DNA of 64,000 bases from Eledone cirrhosa (taxonomy: Eukaryota): contig OZ024743.1 of NCBI GenBank assembly GCA_964016885.1, positions 186,000,001 to 186,064,000 of the forward strand, in the 5' to 3' direction. This document shows, one piece after another, positions 14,900 through 32,300 of the stretch. The position numbers and the translations under genes are program-made. How positions within the stretch are numbered: the first letter of the stretch is position 1; the number at the start of each line of letters is the position of its first letter. The notes below the pieces were generated by a model. It was given only the letters and a program-made list of their open reading frames with translations, did no database searches and was not told the DNA's origin.

Positions 14900-17800
14900 A
14901 CTACATTACTATTCTACTTAAGTCTTATCCCACTACATTACTATCCTATAACAGTCTTATCCCACTACATTACTATCCTACAACAGTCTTATCCCACTAC
15001 ATTACTATCCTATAACAGTCTTATCCCACTACATTACTATCCTACAACAGTCTTATCCCACTACATTACTATCCTACAACAGTCTTATCCCACTACATTA
15101 CTATTCTACTTAAGTCTTATCCCACTACATTACTATTCTACTTAAGTCTTATCCCACTACATTACTATCCTACAACAGTCTTATCCCACTACATTACTAT
15201 CCTACAACAGTCTTATCCCACTACATTACTATCCTACAACAGTCTTATCCCACTACATTACTATTCTACTTAAGTCTTATCCCACTACATTACTATCCTA
15301 CTTAAGTCTTATCCCACTACATTACTATCCTATAACAGTCTTATCCCACTACATTACTATCCTACAACAGTCTTATCCCACTACATTACTATCCTATAAC
15401 AGTCTTATCCCACTACGTTACTATCCTACAACAGTCTTATCCCACTACATTACTATCCTACAACAGTCTTATCCCACTACATTACTATCCTACAACAGTC
15501 TTATCCCACTACATTACTATTCTACTTAAGTCTTATCCCACTACATTACTATCCTACAACAGTCTTATCCCACTACATTACTATCCTACAACAGCCTTAT
15601 CCCACTACATTACTATTCTACTTAAGTCTTATCCCACTACATTACTATCCTACAACAGTCTTATCCCACTACATTACTATCCTACAACAGTCTTATCCCA
15701 CTACATTACTATCCTACAACAGTCTTATCCCACTATATTACTATCCTACAACAGTCTTATCCCACTACATTACTATCCTACAACAGTCTTATCCCACTAC
15801 ATTACTATCCTACAACAGTCTTATCCCACTACATTACTATCCTACAACAGTCTTATCCCACTACATTACTATTCTACAACAGTCTTATCCCACTACATTA
15901 CTATCCTACAACAGTCTTATCCGACTACATTACTATTCTACTTAAGTCTTATTCCACTACATTACTATCCTACTTAAGTCTTATCCCACTACATTATTAT
16001 CCTAGTAAAGTCTTATCCCACTATATTACTATCCTACTTAAGTCTTATCCCACTACATTACTATCCTACTTAAGTCTTATCCCACTACATTACTATCCTA
16101 CTTAAGTCTTATCCCACTACATTACTATTCTACTTAAGTCTTATCCCACTACATTACTATCCTACAACAGTCTTATCCCACTACATTACTATCCTACAAC
16201 AGTCTTATCCCACTACATTACTATCCTACAACAGTCTTATCCCACTACATTACTATCCTACTTAAGTCTTATCCCACTACATTACTATCCTACTTAAGTC
16301 TTATCACACTACATTACTATCCGACAACAGTCTTATCCCACTACATTACTATACTACAACAGTCTTATCCCACTACACTACTATCCTACAACAGTCTTAT
16401 CCCACTACATTACTATTCTACTTAAGTCTTATCACACTACATTACTATCCTACAACAGTCTTATCCCACTACATTACTATCCTACTTAAGTCTTATCCCA
16501 CTACATTACTATTCTACTTAAGTCTTATCCCACTACATTACTATCCTACAACAGTCTTATCCCACTACATTACTATCCTACTTAAGTCTTATCCCACTAC
16601 ATTACTATTCTACTTAAGTCTTATCCCACTACATTACTATTCTACTTAAGTCTTATCCCACTACATTACTATTCTACTTAAGTCTTATCCCACTACATTA
16701 CTATCCTACTTAAGTCTTATCCCACTACATTACTATTCTACTTAAGTCTTATCCCACTACATTACTATCCTACAACAGTCTTATCCCACTACATTACTAT
16801 CCTACAACAGTCTTATCCCACTACATTACTATCCTACTTAAGTCTTATCCCACTACATTACTATCCTACTTAAGTCTTATCCCACTACATTACTATCCGA
16901 CAACAGTCTTATCCCACTACATTACTATCCTACAACAGTCTTATCCCACTACATTACTATTCAACTTAAGTCTTATCCCACTACATTACTATCCTACAAC
17001 AGTCTTATCCCACTACATTACTATCCTACAACAGTCTTATCCCACTACATTACTATTCTACTTAAGTCTTATCCCACTACATTACTATCCTATAACAGTC
17101 TTATCCCACTACATTACTATCCTACAACAGTCTTATCCGACTACATTACTATTCTACTTAAGTCTTATCCCACTACATTACTATCCGACAACAGTCTTAT
17201 CCCACTACATTACTATCCTACAACAGTCTTATCCCACTACATTACTATTCTACTTAAGTCTTATCCCACTACATTACTATCCGACAACAGTCTTATCCCA
17301 CTACATTACTATCCTACAACAGTCTTATCCCACTACATTACTATTCTACAACAGTCTTATTCCACTACATTACTATTCTACTTAAGTCTTATCCCACTAC
17401 ATTACTATCCTACAACAGTCTTATCCGACTACATTACTATTCTACTTAAGTCTTATTCCACTACATTACTATTCTACAACAGTCTTATCCCACTACATTA
17501 CTATCCTACAACAGTCTTATCCCACTACATTACTATTCTACTTAAGTCTTATCCCACTACATTACTATCCTATAACAGTCTTATCCCACTACATTACTAT
17601 CCTACAACAGTCTTATCCCACTACATTACTATCCTACAACAGTCTTATCCCACTACATTACTATTCTACAACAGTCTTATCCCACTACATTACTATCCTA
17701 CAACAGTCTTATCCCACTACATTACTATTCTACAACAGTCTTATCCCACTACATTACTATCCTACAACAGTCTTATCCGACTACATTACTATTCTACTTA

Positions 17801-20800
17801 AGTCTTATTCCACTACATTACTATTCTACAACAGTCTTATCCCACTACATTACTATCCTACAACAGTCTTATCCCACTACATTACTATCCTACAACAGTC
17901 TTATCCCACTACATTACTATTCTACTTAAGTCTTATCCCACTACATTACTATCCTATAACAGTCTTATCCCACTACATTACTATTCTACAACAGTCTTAT
18001 TCCACTACATTACTATCCTACTTAAGTCTTATCCGACTACATTACTATCCTATAACAGTCTTATCCCACTACATTACTATCCTACAACAGTCTTATCCCA
18101 CTACATTACTATCCTACAACAGTCTTATCCCACTACATTACTATTCTACTTAAGTCTTATCCCACTACATTACTATCCTATAACAGTCTTATCCCACTAC
18201 ATTACTATCCTACAACAGTCTTATCCCACTACATTACTATCCTATAACAGTCTTATCCCACTACATTACTATCCTACAACAGTCTTATCCCACTACATTA
18301 CTATCCTACAACAGTCTTATCCCACTACATTACTATTCTACTTAAGTCTTATCCCACTACATTACTATTCTACTTAAGTCTTATCCCACTACATTACTAT
18401 CCTACAACAGTCTTATCCCACTACATTACTATCCTACAACAGTCTTATCCCACTACATTACTATCCTACAACAGTCTTATCCCACTACATTACTATTCTA
18501 CTTAAGTCTTATCCCACTACATTACTATCCTACTTAAGTCTTATCCCACTACATTACTATCCTATAACAGTCTTATCCCACTACATTACTATCCTACAAC
18601 AGTCTTATCCCACTACATTACTATCCTATAACAGTCTTATCCCACTACGTTACTATCCTACAACAGTCTTATCCCACTACATTACTATCCTACAACAGTC
18701 TTATCCCACTACATTACTATTCTACTTAAGTCTTATCCCACTACATTACTATCCTACAACAGTCTTATCCCACTACATTACTATCCTACAACAGCCTTAT
18801 CCCACTACATTACTATTCTACTTAAGTCTTATCCCACTACATTACTATCCTACAACAGTCTTATCCCACTACATTACTATCCTACAACAGTCTTATCCCA
18901 CTACATTACTATCCTACAACAGTCTTATCCCACTACATTACTATCCTACAACAGTCTTATCCCACTACATTACTATCCTACAACAGTCTTATCCCACTAC
19001 ATTACTATCCTACAACAGTCTTATCCCACTACATTACTATCCTACAACAGTCTTATCCCACTACATTACTATTCTACAACAGTCTTATCCCACTACATTA
19101 CTATCCTACAACAGTCTTATCCGACTACATTACTATTCTACTTAAGTCTTATTCCACTACATTACTATCCTACTTAAGTCTTATCCCACTACATTATTAT
19201 CCTAGTAAAGTCTTATCCCACTATATTACTATCCTACTTAAGTCTTATCCCACTACATTACTATCCTACTTAAGTCTTATCCCACTACATTACTATCCTA
19301 CTTAAGTCTTATCCCACTACATTACTATTCTACTTAAGTCTTATCCCACTACATTACTATCCTACAACAGTCTTATCCCACTACATTACTATCCTACAAC
19401 AGTCTTATGCCACTACATTACTATCCTACAACAGTCTTATCCCACTACATTACTATCCTACTTAAGTCTTATCCCACTACATTACTATCCTACTTAAGTC
19501 TTATCACACTACATTACTATCCGACAACAGTCTTATCCCACTACATTACTATACTACAACAGTCTTATCCCACTACATTACTATCCTACAACAGTCTTAT
19601 CCCACTACATTACTATTCTACTTAAGTCTTATCACACTACATTACTATCCTACAACAGTCTTATCCCACTACATTACTATCCTACTTAAGTCTTATCCCA
19701 CTACATTACTATTCTACTTAAGTCTTATCCCACTACATTACTATCCTACAACAGTCTTATCCCACTACATTACTATCCTACTTAAGTCTTATCCCACTAC
19801 ATTACTATTCTACTTAAGTCTTATCCCACTACATTACTATTCTACTTAAGTCTTATCCCACTACATTACTATTCTACTTAAGTCTTATCCCACTACATTA
19901 CTATCCTACTTAAGTCTTATCCCACTACATTACTATTCTACTTAAGTCTTATCCCACTACATTACTATCCTACAACAGTCTTATCCCACTACATTACTAT
20001 CCTACAACAGTCTTATCCCACTACATTACTATCCTACTTAAGTCTTATCCCACTACATTACTATCCTACTTAAGTCTTATCCCACTACATTACTATCCGA
20101 CAACAGTCTTATCCCACTACATTACTATCCTACAACAGTCTTATCCCACTACATTACTATTCTACTTAAGTCTTATCCCACTACATTACTATCCTACAAC
20201 AGTCTTATCCCACTACATTACTATCCTACAACAGTCTTATCCCACTACATTACTATTCTACTTAAGTCTTATCCCACTACATTACTATCCTATAACAGTC
20301 TTATCCCACTACATTACTATCCTACAACAGTCTTATCCGACTACATTACTATTCTACTTAAGTCTTATCCCACTACATTACTATCCGACAACAGTCTTAT
20401 CCCACTACATTACTATCCTACAACAGTCTTATCCCACTACATTACTATTCTACTTAAGTCTTATCCCACTACATTACTATCCGACAACAGTCTTATCCCA
20501 CTACATTACTATCCTACAACAGTCTTATCCCACTACATTACTATTCTACAACAGTCTTATTCCACTACATTACTATTCTACTTAAGTCTTATCCCACTAC
20601 ATTACTATCCTACAACAGTCTTATCCGACTACATTACTATTCTACTTAAGTCTTATTCCACTACATTACTATTCTACAACAGTCTTATCCCACTACATTA
20701 CTATCCTACAACAGTCTTATCCCACTACATTACTATTCTACTTAAGTCTTATCCCACTACATTACTATCCTATAACAGTCTTATCCCACTACATTACTAT

Positions 20801-21300
20801 CCTACAACAGTCTTATCCCACTACATTACTATCCTACAACAGTCTTATCCCACTACATTACTATTCTACAACAGTCTTATCCCACTACATTACTATCCTA
20901 CAACAGTCTTATCCCACTACATTACTATTCTACAACAGTCTTATCCCACTACATTACTATCCTACAACAGTCTTATCCGACTACATTACTATTCTACTTA
21001 AGTCTTATTCCACTACATTACTATTCTACAACAGTCTTATCCCACTACATTACTATCCTACAACAGTCTTATCCCACTACATTACTATCCTACAACAGTC
21101 TTATCCCACTACATTACTATTCTACTTAAGTCTTATCCCACTACATTACTATCCTATAACAGTCTTATCCCACTACATTACTATTCTACAACAGTCTTAT
21201 TCCACTACATTACTATCCTACTTAAGTCTTATCCGACTACATTACTATCCTATAACAGTCTTATCCCACTACATTACTATCCTACAACAGTCTTATCCCA
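14900..21300. repeat. ~3.2 kb (100-101 monomer) tandem block duplication
   Basis: ACAGCCTTAT variant at 15591/18791 and TATTATCCTAGTAAA monomer at 15998/19198, both offset by 3200 bp. Boundaries are approximate. Confidence 0.8.
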
Positions 21301-24300
21301 CTACATTACTATCCTATAACAGTCTTATCCCACTACATTACTATCCTACAACAGTCTTATCCCACTACATTACTATCCTATAACAGTCTTATCCCACTAC
21401 ATTACTATCCTACAACAGTCTTATCCCACTACATTACTATCCTACAACAGTCTTATCCCACTACATTACTATTCTACTTAAGTCTTATCCCACTACATTA
21501 CTATTCTACTTAAGTCTTATCCCACTACATTACTATCCTACAACAGTCTTATCCCACTACATTACTATCCTACAACAGTCTTATCCCACTACATTACTAT
21601 CCTACAACAGTCTTATCCCACTACATTACTATTCTACTTAAGTCTTATCCCACTACATTACTATCCTACTTAAGTCTTATCCCACTACATTACTATCCTA
21701 TAACAGTCTTATCCCACTACATTACTATCCTACAACAGTCTTATCCCACTACATTACTATCCTATAACAGTCTTATCCCACTACGTTACTATCCTACAAC
21801 AGTCTTATCCCACTACATTACTATCCTACAACAGTCTTATCCCACTACATTACTATCCTACAACAGTCTTATCCCACTACATTACTATTCTACTTAAGTC
21901 TTATCCCACTACATTACTATCCTACAACAGTCTTATCCCACTACATTACTATCCTACAACAGTCTTATCCCACTACATTACTATTCTACTTAAGTCTTAT
22001 CCCACTACATTACTATCCTACAACAGTCTTATCCCACTACATTACTATCCTACAACAGTCTTATCCCACTACATTACTATCCTACAACAGTCTTATCCCA
22101 CTATATTACTATCCTACAACAGTCTTATCCCACTACATTACTATCCTACAACAGTCTTATCCCACTACATTACTATCCTACAACAGTCTTATCCCACTAC
22201 ATTACTATCCTACAACAGTCTTATCCCACTACATTACTATCCTACAACAGTCTTATCCCACTACATTACTATTCTACAACAGTCTTATCCCACTACATTA
22301 CTATCCTACAACAGTCTTATCCGACTACATTACTATTCTACTTAAGTCTTATCCCACTACATTACTATCCTACAACAGTCTTATCCCACTACATTACTAT
22401 CCTACAACAGTCTTATCCCACTACATTACTATCCTACAACAGTCTTATCCCACTACATTACTATCCTACAACAGTCTTATCCCACTACATTACTATCCTA
22501 CAACAGTCTTATCCCACTACATTACTATTCTACAACAGTCTTATCCCACTACATTACTATCCTACAACAGTCTTATCCCACTACATTACTATTCTACAAC
22601 AGTCTTATCCCACTACATTACTATCCTACAACAGTCTTATCCCACTACATTACTATCCTACTTAAGTCTTATCCCACTACATTACTATTCTACTTAAGTC
22701 TTATTCCACTACATTACTATCCTACAACAGTCTTATCCGACTACATTACTATCCTACTTAAGTCTTATCCCACTACATTACTATCCTACTTAAGTCTTAT
22801 CCCACTACATTACTATCCTACTTAAGTCTTATCCCACTACATTACTATTCTACTTAAGTCTTATCCCACTACATTACTATCCTACAACAGTCTTATCCCA
22901 CTACATTACTATCCTACAACAGTCTTATCCCACTACATTACTATCCTACAACAGTCTTATCCCACTACATTACTATCCTACTTAAGTCTTATCACACTAC
23001 ATTACTATCCGACAACAGTCTTATCCCACTACATTACTATTCTACTTAAGTCTTATCCCACTACATTACTATTCTACTTAAGTCTTATCCCACTACATTA
23101 CTATTCTACTTAAGTCTTATCCCACTACATTACTATCCTACTTAAGTCTTATCCCACTACATTACTATACTACAACAGTCTTATCCCACTACATTACTAT
23201 CCTACAACAGTCTTATCCCACTACATTACTATTCTACTTAAGTCTTATCCCACTACATTACTATCCTACAACAGTCTTATCCCACTACATTACTATCCTA
23301 CTTAAGTCTTATCCCACTACATTACTATTCTACTTAAGTCTTATCCCACTACATTACTATCCTACAACAGTCTTATCCCACTACATTACTATCCTACAAC
23401 AGTCTTATCCCACTACATTACTATCCTACTTAAGTCTTATCCCACTACATTACTATCCTACTTAAGTCTTATCCCACTACATTACTATCCGACAACAGTC
23501 TTATCCCACTACATTACTATCCTACAACAGTCTTATCCCACTACATTACTATTCTACTTAAGTCTTATCCCACTACATTACTATCCTACAACAGTCTTAT
23601 CCCACTACATTACTATCCTACAACAGTCTTATCGCACTACATTACTATTCTACTTAAGTCTTATCCCACTACATTACTATCCTATAACAGTCTTATCCCA
23701 CTACATTACTATCCAGAACAGTCTTATCCCACTACATTACTATCCTATAACAGTCTTATCCCACTACATTACTATCCTACAACAGTCTTATCCCACTACA
23801 TTACTATCCTACAACAGTCTTATCCCACTACGTTACTATTCTACTTAAGTCTTATCCCACTACATTACTATCCTACAACAGTCTTATCCCACTACATTAC
23901 TATCCTACAACAGTCTTATCCCACTACATTACTATCCTACAACAGTCTTATCCCACTACATTACTATTCTACTTAAGTCTTATCCCACTACATTACTATC
24001 CTACAACAGTCTTATCCCACTACATTACTATCCTACAACAGTCTTATCCCACTACATTACTATTCTACTTAAGTCTTATCCCACTACATTACTATCCTAC
24101 ACCAGTCTTATCCCACTACATTACTATCCTACAACAGTCTTATCCCACTACATTACTATCCTACAACAGTCTTATCCCACTATATTACTATCCTACAACA
24201 GTCTTATCCCACTACATTACTATTCTACAACAGTCTTATCCCACTACATTACTATTCTACAACAGTCTTATCCCACTACATTACTATCCTACAACAGTCT

Positions 24301-27300
24301 TATCCCACTACATTACTATCCTACAGCAGTCTTATCCCACTACATTACTATCCTACAACAGTCTTATCCCACTACATTACTATCCTACAACAGTCTTATC
24401 CCACTACATTACTATCCTACAACAGTCTTATCCCACTACATTACTATTCTACTTAAGTCTTATCTCACTACATTACTATTCTACTTAAGTCTTATCCCAC
24501 TACATTACTATCCTACAACAGTCTTATCCCACTACCTTACTATCCTACAATAGTCTTATCCCACTACATTACTATCCTACAACAGTCTTATCCCACTACA
24601 TTACTATCCTACAACAGTCTTATCCCACTACATTACTATTCTACTTAAGTCTTTACCCACTACATTACTATCCTACAACAGTCTTATCCCACTACATTAC
24701 TATCCTACAACAGTCTTATCCCACTACATTACTATCCTACAACAGTCTTATCCCACTACATTACTATTCTACTTAAGTCTTATCCCACTACATTACTATC
24801 CTACAACAGTCTTATCCCACTACATTACTATCCTACAACAGTCTTATCCCACTACATTATTATCCTACAACAGTCTTATCCTACAACAGTCTTATCCCAC
24901 TACATTACTATTCTACTTAAGTCTTATCCCACTACATTACTATCCTACAACAGTCTTATCCCACTACATTACTATCCTACAACAGTCTTATCCCACTACA
25001 TTACTATCCTACAACTGTCTTATCCCACTACATTACTATCCTACAACAGTCTTATTCCACTACATTACTATCCTACAACAGTCTTATCCCACTACATTAC
25101 TATCCTACAACAGTCTTATCCCACTACATTACTATTCTACTTAAGTCTTATCCCACTACATTACTATCCTACAACAGTCTTATCCCACTACATTACTATC
25201 CCACAACAGTCTTATCCCACTACATTACTATTCTACTTAAGTCTTATCCCACTACATTATTATCCTACAACAGTCTTATCCCACTACATTACTATCCTAC
25301 AACAGTCTTATCCCACTACATTACTATTCTACTTAAGTCTTATCCCACTATATTACTATCCTACAACAGTCTTATCCCACTACATTACTATCCTACAACA
25401 GTCTTATCCCACTACATTACTATCCTACAACAGTCTTATCCCACTACATTATTATCCTACAACAGTCTTATCCCACTACATTACTATTCTACTTATGTCT
25501 TATCCCACTCCATTACTATTCTACGTAAGTCTTATCCCACTACATTACTATCCTACTTAAGTCTTATTCCACTACATTACTATCCTACAACAGTCTTATC
25601 CCACTACATTACTATCCTACAACAGTCTTATCCCACTATATTACTATCCTACAACAGTCTTATCCCACTACATTACTATCCTACAACAGTCTTATCCCAC
25701 TACATTACTATCCTACAACAGTCTTATCCCACTACATTACTATCCTACAACAGTCTTATCCCACTACATTACTATTCTACAACAGTCTTATCCCACTACA
25801 TTACTATCCTACAACAGTCTTATCCGACTACATTACTATTCTACTTAAGTCTTATTCCACTACATTACTATCCTACTTAAGTCTTATCCCACTACATTAT
25901 TATCCTAGTAAAGTCTTATCCCACTATATTACTATCCTACTTAAGTCTTATCCCACTACATTACTATCCTACTTAAGTCTTATCCCACTACATTACTATC
26001 CTACTTAAGTCTTATCCCACTACATTACTATTCTACTTAAGTCTTATCCCACTACATTACTATCCTACAACAGTCTTATCCCACTACATTACTATCCTAC
26101 AACAGTCTTATCCCACTACATTACTATCCTACAACAGTCTTATCCCACTACATTACTATCCTACTTAAGTCTTATCCCACTACATTACTATCCTACTTAA
26201 GTCTTATCACACTACATTACTATCCGACAACAGTCTTATCCCACTACATTACTATACTACAACAGTCTTATCCCACTACATTACTATCCTACAACAGTCT
26301 TATCCCACTACATTACTATTCTACTTAAGTCTTATCACACTACATTACTATCCTACAACAGTCTTATCCCACTACATTACTATCCTACTTAAGTCTTATC
26401 CCACTACATTACTATTCTACTTAAGTCTTATCCCACTACATTACTATCCTACAACAGTCTTATCCCACTACATTACTATCCTACTTAAGTCTTATCCCAC
26501 TACATTACTATTCTACTTAAGTCTTATCCCACTACATTACTATTCTACTTAAGTCTTATCCCACTACATTACTATTCTACTTAAGTCTTATCCCACTACA
26601 TTACTATCCTACTTAAGTCTTATCCCACTACATTACTATTCTACTTAAGTCTTATCCCACTACATTACTATCCTACAACAGTCTTATCCCACTACATTAC
26701 TATCCTACAACAGTCTTATCCCACTACATTACTATCCTACTTAAGTCTTATCCCACTACATTACTATCCTACTTAAGTCTTATCCCACTACATTACTATC
26801 CGACAACAGTCTTATCCCACTACATTACTATCCTACAACAGTCTTATCCCACTACATTACTATTCTACTTAAGTCTTATCCCACTACATTACTATCCTAC
26901 AACAGTCTTATCCCACTACATTACTATCCTACAACAGTCTTATCCCACTACATTACTATTCTACTTAAGTCTTATCCCACTACATTACTATCCTATAACA
27001 GTCTTATCCCACTACATTACTATCCTACAACAGTCTTATCCGACTACATTACTATTCTACTTAAGTCTTATCCCACTACATTACTATCCGACAACAGTCT
27101 TATCCCACTACATTACTATCCTACAACAGTCTTATCCCACTACATTACTATTCTACTTAAGTCTTATCCCACTACATTACTATCCGACAACAGTCTTATC
27201 CCACTACATTACTATCCTACAACAGTCTTATCCCACTACATTACTATTCTACAACAGTCTTATTCCACTACATTACTATTCTACTTAAGTCTTATCCCAC

Positions 27301-30300
27301 TACATTACTATCCTACAACAGTCTTATCCGACTACATTACTATTCTACTTAAGTCTTATTCCACTACATTACTATTCTACAACAGTCTTATCCCACTACA
27401 TTACTATCCTACAACAGTCTTATCCCACTACATTACTATTCTACTTAAGTCTTATCCCACTACATTACTATCCTATAACAGTCTTATCCCACTACATTAC
27501 TATCCTACAACAGTCTTATCCCACTACATTACTATCCTACAACAGTCTTATCCCACTACATTACTATTCTACAACAGTCTTATCCCACTACATTACTATC
27601 CTACAACAGTCTTATCCCACTACATTACTATTCTACAACAGTCTTATCCCACTACATTACTATCCTACAACAGTCTTATCCGACTACATTACTATTCTAC
27701 TTAAGTCTTATTCCACTACATTACTATTCTACAACAGTCTTATCCCACTACATTACTATCCTACAACAGTCTTATCCCACTACATTACTATCCTACAACA
27801 GTCTTATCCCACTACATTACTATTCTACTTAAGTCTTATCCCACTACATTACTATCCTATAACAGTCTTATCCCACTACATTACTATTCTACAACAGTCT
27901 TATTCCACTACATTACTATCCTACTTAAGTCTTATCCGACTACATTACTATCCTATAACAGTCTTATCCCACTACATTACTATCCTACAACAGTCTTATC
28001 CCACTACATTACTATCCTATAACAGTCTTATCCCACTACATTACTATCCTACAACAGTCTTATCCCACTACATTACTATCCTATAACAGTCTTATCCCAC
28101 TACATTACTATCCTACAACAGTCTTATCCCACTACATTACTATCCTACAACAGTCTTATCCCACTACATTACTATTCTACTTAAGTCTTATCCCACTACA
28201 TTACTATTCTACTTAAGTCTTATCCCACTACATTACTATCCTACAACAGTCTTATCCCACTACATTACTATCCTACAACAGTCTTATCCCACTACATTAC
28301 TATCCTACAACAGTCTTATCCCACTACATTACTATTCTACTTAAGTCTTATCCCACTACATTACTATCCTACTTAAGTCTTATCCCACTACATTACTATC
28401 CTATAACAGTCTTATCCCACTACATTACTATCCTACAACAGTCTTATCCCACTACATTACTATCCTATAACAGTCTTATCCCACTACGTTACTATCCTAC
28501 AACAGTCTTATCCCACTACATTACTATCCTACAACAGTCTTATCCCACTACATTACTATCCTACAACAGTCTTATCCCACTACATTACTATTCTACTTAA
28601 GTCTTATCCCACTACATTACTATCCTACAACAGTCTTATCCCACTACATTACTATCCTACAACAGTCTTATCCCACTACATTACTATTCTACTTAAGTCT
28701 TATCCCACTACATTACTATCCTACAACAGTCTTATCCCACTACATTACTATCCTACAACAGTCTTATCCCACTACATTACTATCCTACAACAGTCTTATC
28801 CCACTATATTACTATCCTACAACAGTCTTATCCCACTACATTACTATCCTACAACAGTCTTATCCCACTACATTACTATCCTACAACAGTCTTATCCCAC
28901 TACATTACTATCCTACAACAGTCTTATCCCACTACATTACTATCCTACAACAGTCTTATCCCACTACATTACTATTCTACAACAGTCTTATCCCACTACA
29001 TTACTATCCTACAACAGTCTTATCCGACTACATTACTATTCTACTTAAGTCTTATCCCACTACATTACTATCCTACAACAGTCTTATCCCACTACATTAC
29101 TATCCTACAACAGTCTTATCCCACTACATTACTATCCTACAACAGTCTTATCCCACTACATTACTATCCTACAACAGTCTTATCCCACTACATTACTATC
29201 CTACAACAGTCTTATCCCACTACATTACTATTCTACAACAGTCTTATCCCACTACATTACTATCCTACAACAGTCTTATCCCACTACATTACTATTCTAC
29301 AACAGTCTTATCCCACTACATTACTATCCTACAACAGTCTTATCCCACTACATTACTATCCTACTTAAGTCTTATCCCACTACATTACTATTCTACTTAA
29401 GTCTTATTCCACTACATTACTATCCTACAACAGTCTTATCCGACTACATTACTATCCTACTTAAGTCTTATCCCACTACATTACTATCCTACTTAAGTCT
29501 TATCCCACTACATTACTATCCTACTTAAGTCTTATCCCACTACATTACTATTCTACTTAAGTCTTATCCCACTACATTACTATCCTACAACAGTCTTATC
29601 CCACTACATTACTATCCTACAACAGTCTTATCCCACTACATTACTATCCTACAACAGTCTTATCCCACTACATTACTATCCTACTTAAGTCTTATCACAC
29701 TACATTACTATCCGACAACAGTCTTATCCCACTACATTACTATTCTACTTAAGTCTTATCCCACTACATTACTATTCTACTTAAGTCTTATCCCACTACA
29801 TTACTATTCTACTTAAGTCTTATCCCACTACATTACTATCCTACTTAAGTCTTATCCCACTACATTACTATACTACAACAGTCTTATCCCACTACATTAC
29901 TATCCTACAACAGTCTTATCCCACTACATTACTATTCTACTTAAGTCTTATCCCACTACATTACTATCCTACAACAGTCTTATCCCACTACATTACTATC
30001 CTACTTAAGTCTTATCCCACTACATTACTATTCTACTTAAGTCTTATCCCACTACATTACTATCCTACAACAGTCTTATCCCACTACATTACTATCCTAC
30101 AACAGTCTTATCCCACTACATTACTATCCTACTTAAGTCTTATCCCACTACATTACTATCCTACTTAAGTCTTATCCCACTACATTACTATCCGACAACA
30201 GTCTTATCCCACTACATTACTATCCTACAACAGTCTTATCCCACTACATTACTATTCTACTTAAGTCTTATCCCACTACATTACTATCCTACAACAGTCT

Positions 30301-32300
30301 TATCCCACTACATTACTATCCTACAACAGTCTTATCGCACTACATTACTATTCTACTTAAGTCTTATCCCACTACATTACTATCCTATAACAGTCTTATC
30401 CCACTACATTACTATCCAGAACAGTCTTATCCCACTACATTACTATCCTATAACAGTCTTATCCCACTACATTACTATCCTACAACAGTCTTATCCCACT
30501 ACATTACTATCCTACAACAGTCTTATCCCACTACGTTACTATTCTACTTAAGTCTTATCCCACTACATTACTATCCTACAACAGTCTTATCCCACTACAT
30601 TACTATCCTACAACAGTCTTATCCCACTACATTACTATCCTACAACAGTCTTATCCCACTACATTACTATTCTACTTAAGTCTTATCCCACTACATTACT
30701 ATCCTACAACAGTCTTATCCCACTACATTACTATCCTACAACAGTCTTATCCCACTACATTACTATTCTACTTAAGTCTTATCCCACTACATTACTATCC
30801 TACACCAGTCTTATCCCACTACATTACTATCCTACAACAGTCTTATCCCACTACATTACTATCCTACAACAGTCTTATCCCACTATATTACTATCCTACA
30901 ACAGTCTTATCCCACTACATTACTATTCTACAACAGTCTTATCCCACTACATTACTATTCTACAACAGTCTTATCCCACTACATTACTATCCTACAACAG
31001 TCTTATCCCACTACATTACTATCCTACAGCAGTCTTATCCCACTACATTACTATCCTACAACAGTCTTATCCCACTACATTACTATCCTACAACAGTCTT
31101 ATCCCACTACATTACTATCCTACAACAGTCTTATCCCACTACATTACTATTCTACTTAAGTCTTATCTCACTACATTACTATTCTACTTAAGTCTTATCC
31201 CACTACATTACTATCCTACAACAGTCTTATCCCACTACCTTACTATCCTACAATAGTCTTATCCCACTACATTACTATCCTACAACAGTCTTATCCCACT
31301 ACATTACTATCCTACAACAGTCTTATCCCACTACATTACTATTCTACTTAAGTCTTTACCCACTACATTACTATCCTACAACAGTCTTATCCCACTACAT
31401 TACTATCCTACAACAGTCTTATCCCACTACATTACTATCCTACAACAGTCTTATCCCACTACATTACTATTCTACTTAAGTCTTATCCCACTACATTACT
31501 ATCCTACAACAGTCTTATCCCACTACATTACTATCCTACAACAGTCTTATCCCACTACATTATTATCCTACAACAGTCTTATCCTACAACAGTCTTATCC
31601 CACTACATTACTATTCTACTTAAGTCTTATCCCACTACATTACTATCCTACAACAGTCTTATCCCACTACATTACTATCCTACAACAGTCTTATCCCACT
31701 ACATTACTATCCTACAACTGTCTTATCCCACTACATTACTATCCTACAACAGTCTTATTCCACTACATTACTATCCTACAACAGTCTTATCCCACTACAT
31801 TACTATCCTACAACAGTCTTATCCCACTACATTACTATTCTACTTAAGTCTTATCCCACTACATTACTATCCTACAACAGTCTTATCCCACTACATTACT
31901 ATCCCACAACAGTCTTATCCCACTACATTACTATTCTACTTAAGTCTTATCCCACTACATTATTATCCTACAACAGTCTTATCCCACTACATTACTATCC
32001 TACAACAGTCTTATCCCACTACATTACTATTCTACTTAAGTCTTATCCCACTACATTACTATCCTACAACAGTCTTATCCCACTACATTACTATCCTACA
32101 ACAGTCTTATCCCACTACATTACTATCCTACAACAGTCTTATCCCACTACATTATTATCCTACAACAGTCTTATCCCACTACATTACTATTCTACTTATG
32201 TCTTATCCCACTCCATTACTATTCTACGTAAGTCTTATCCCACTACATTACTATCCTACTTAAGTCTTATTCCACTACATTACTATCCTACAACAGTCTT
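18900..32300. repeat. 6703-bp tandem block duplication: ~18.9-25.6 kb and ~25.6-32.3 kb
   Basis: The same 6703 offset holds for the CTAGTAAA monomer (19198/25901), the 1-bp-short TATCCAGAACAGTCT half (23710/30413) and the doubled 16-bp half (24861/31564). 6703 = 209 x 32 + 16 - 1. Confidence 0.9.
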
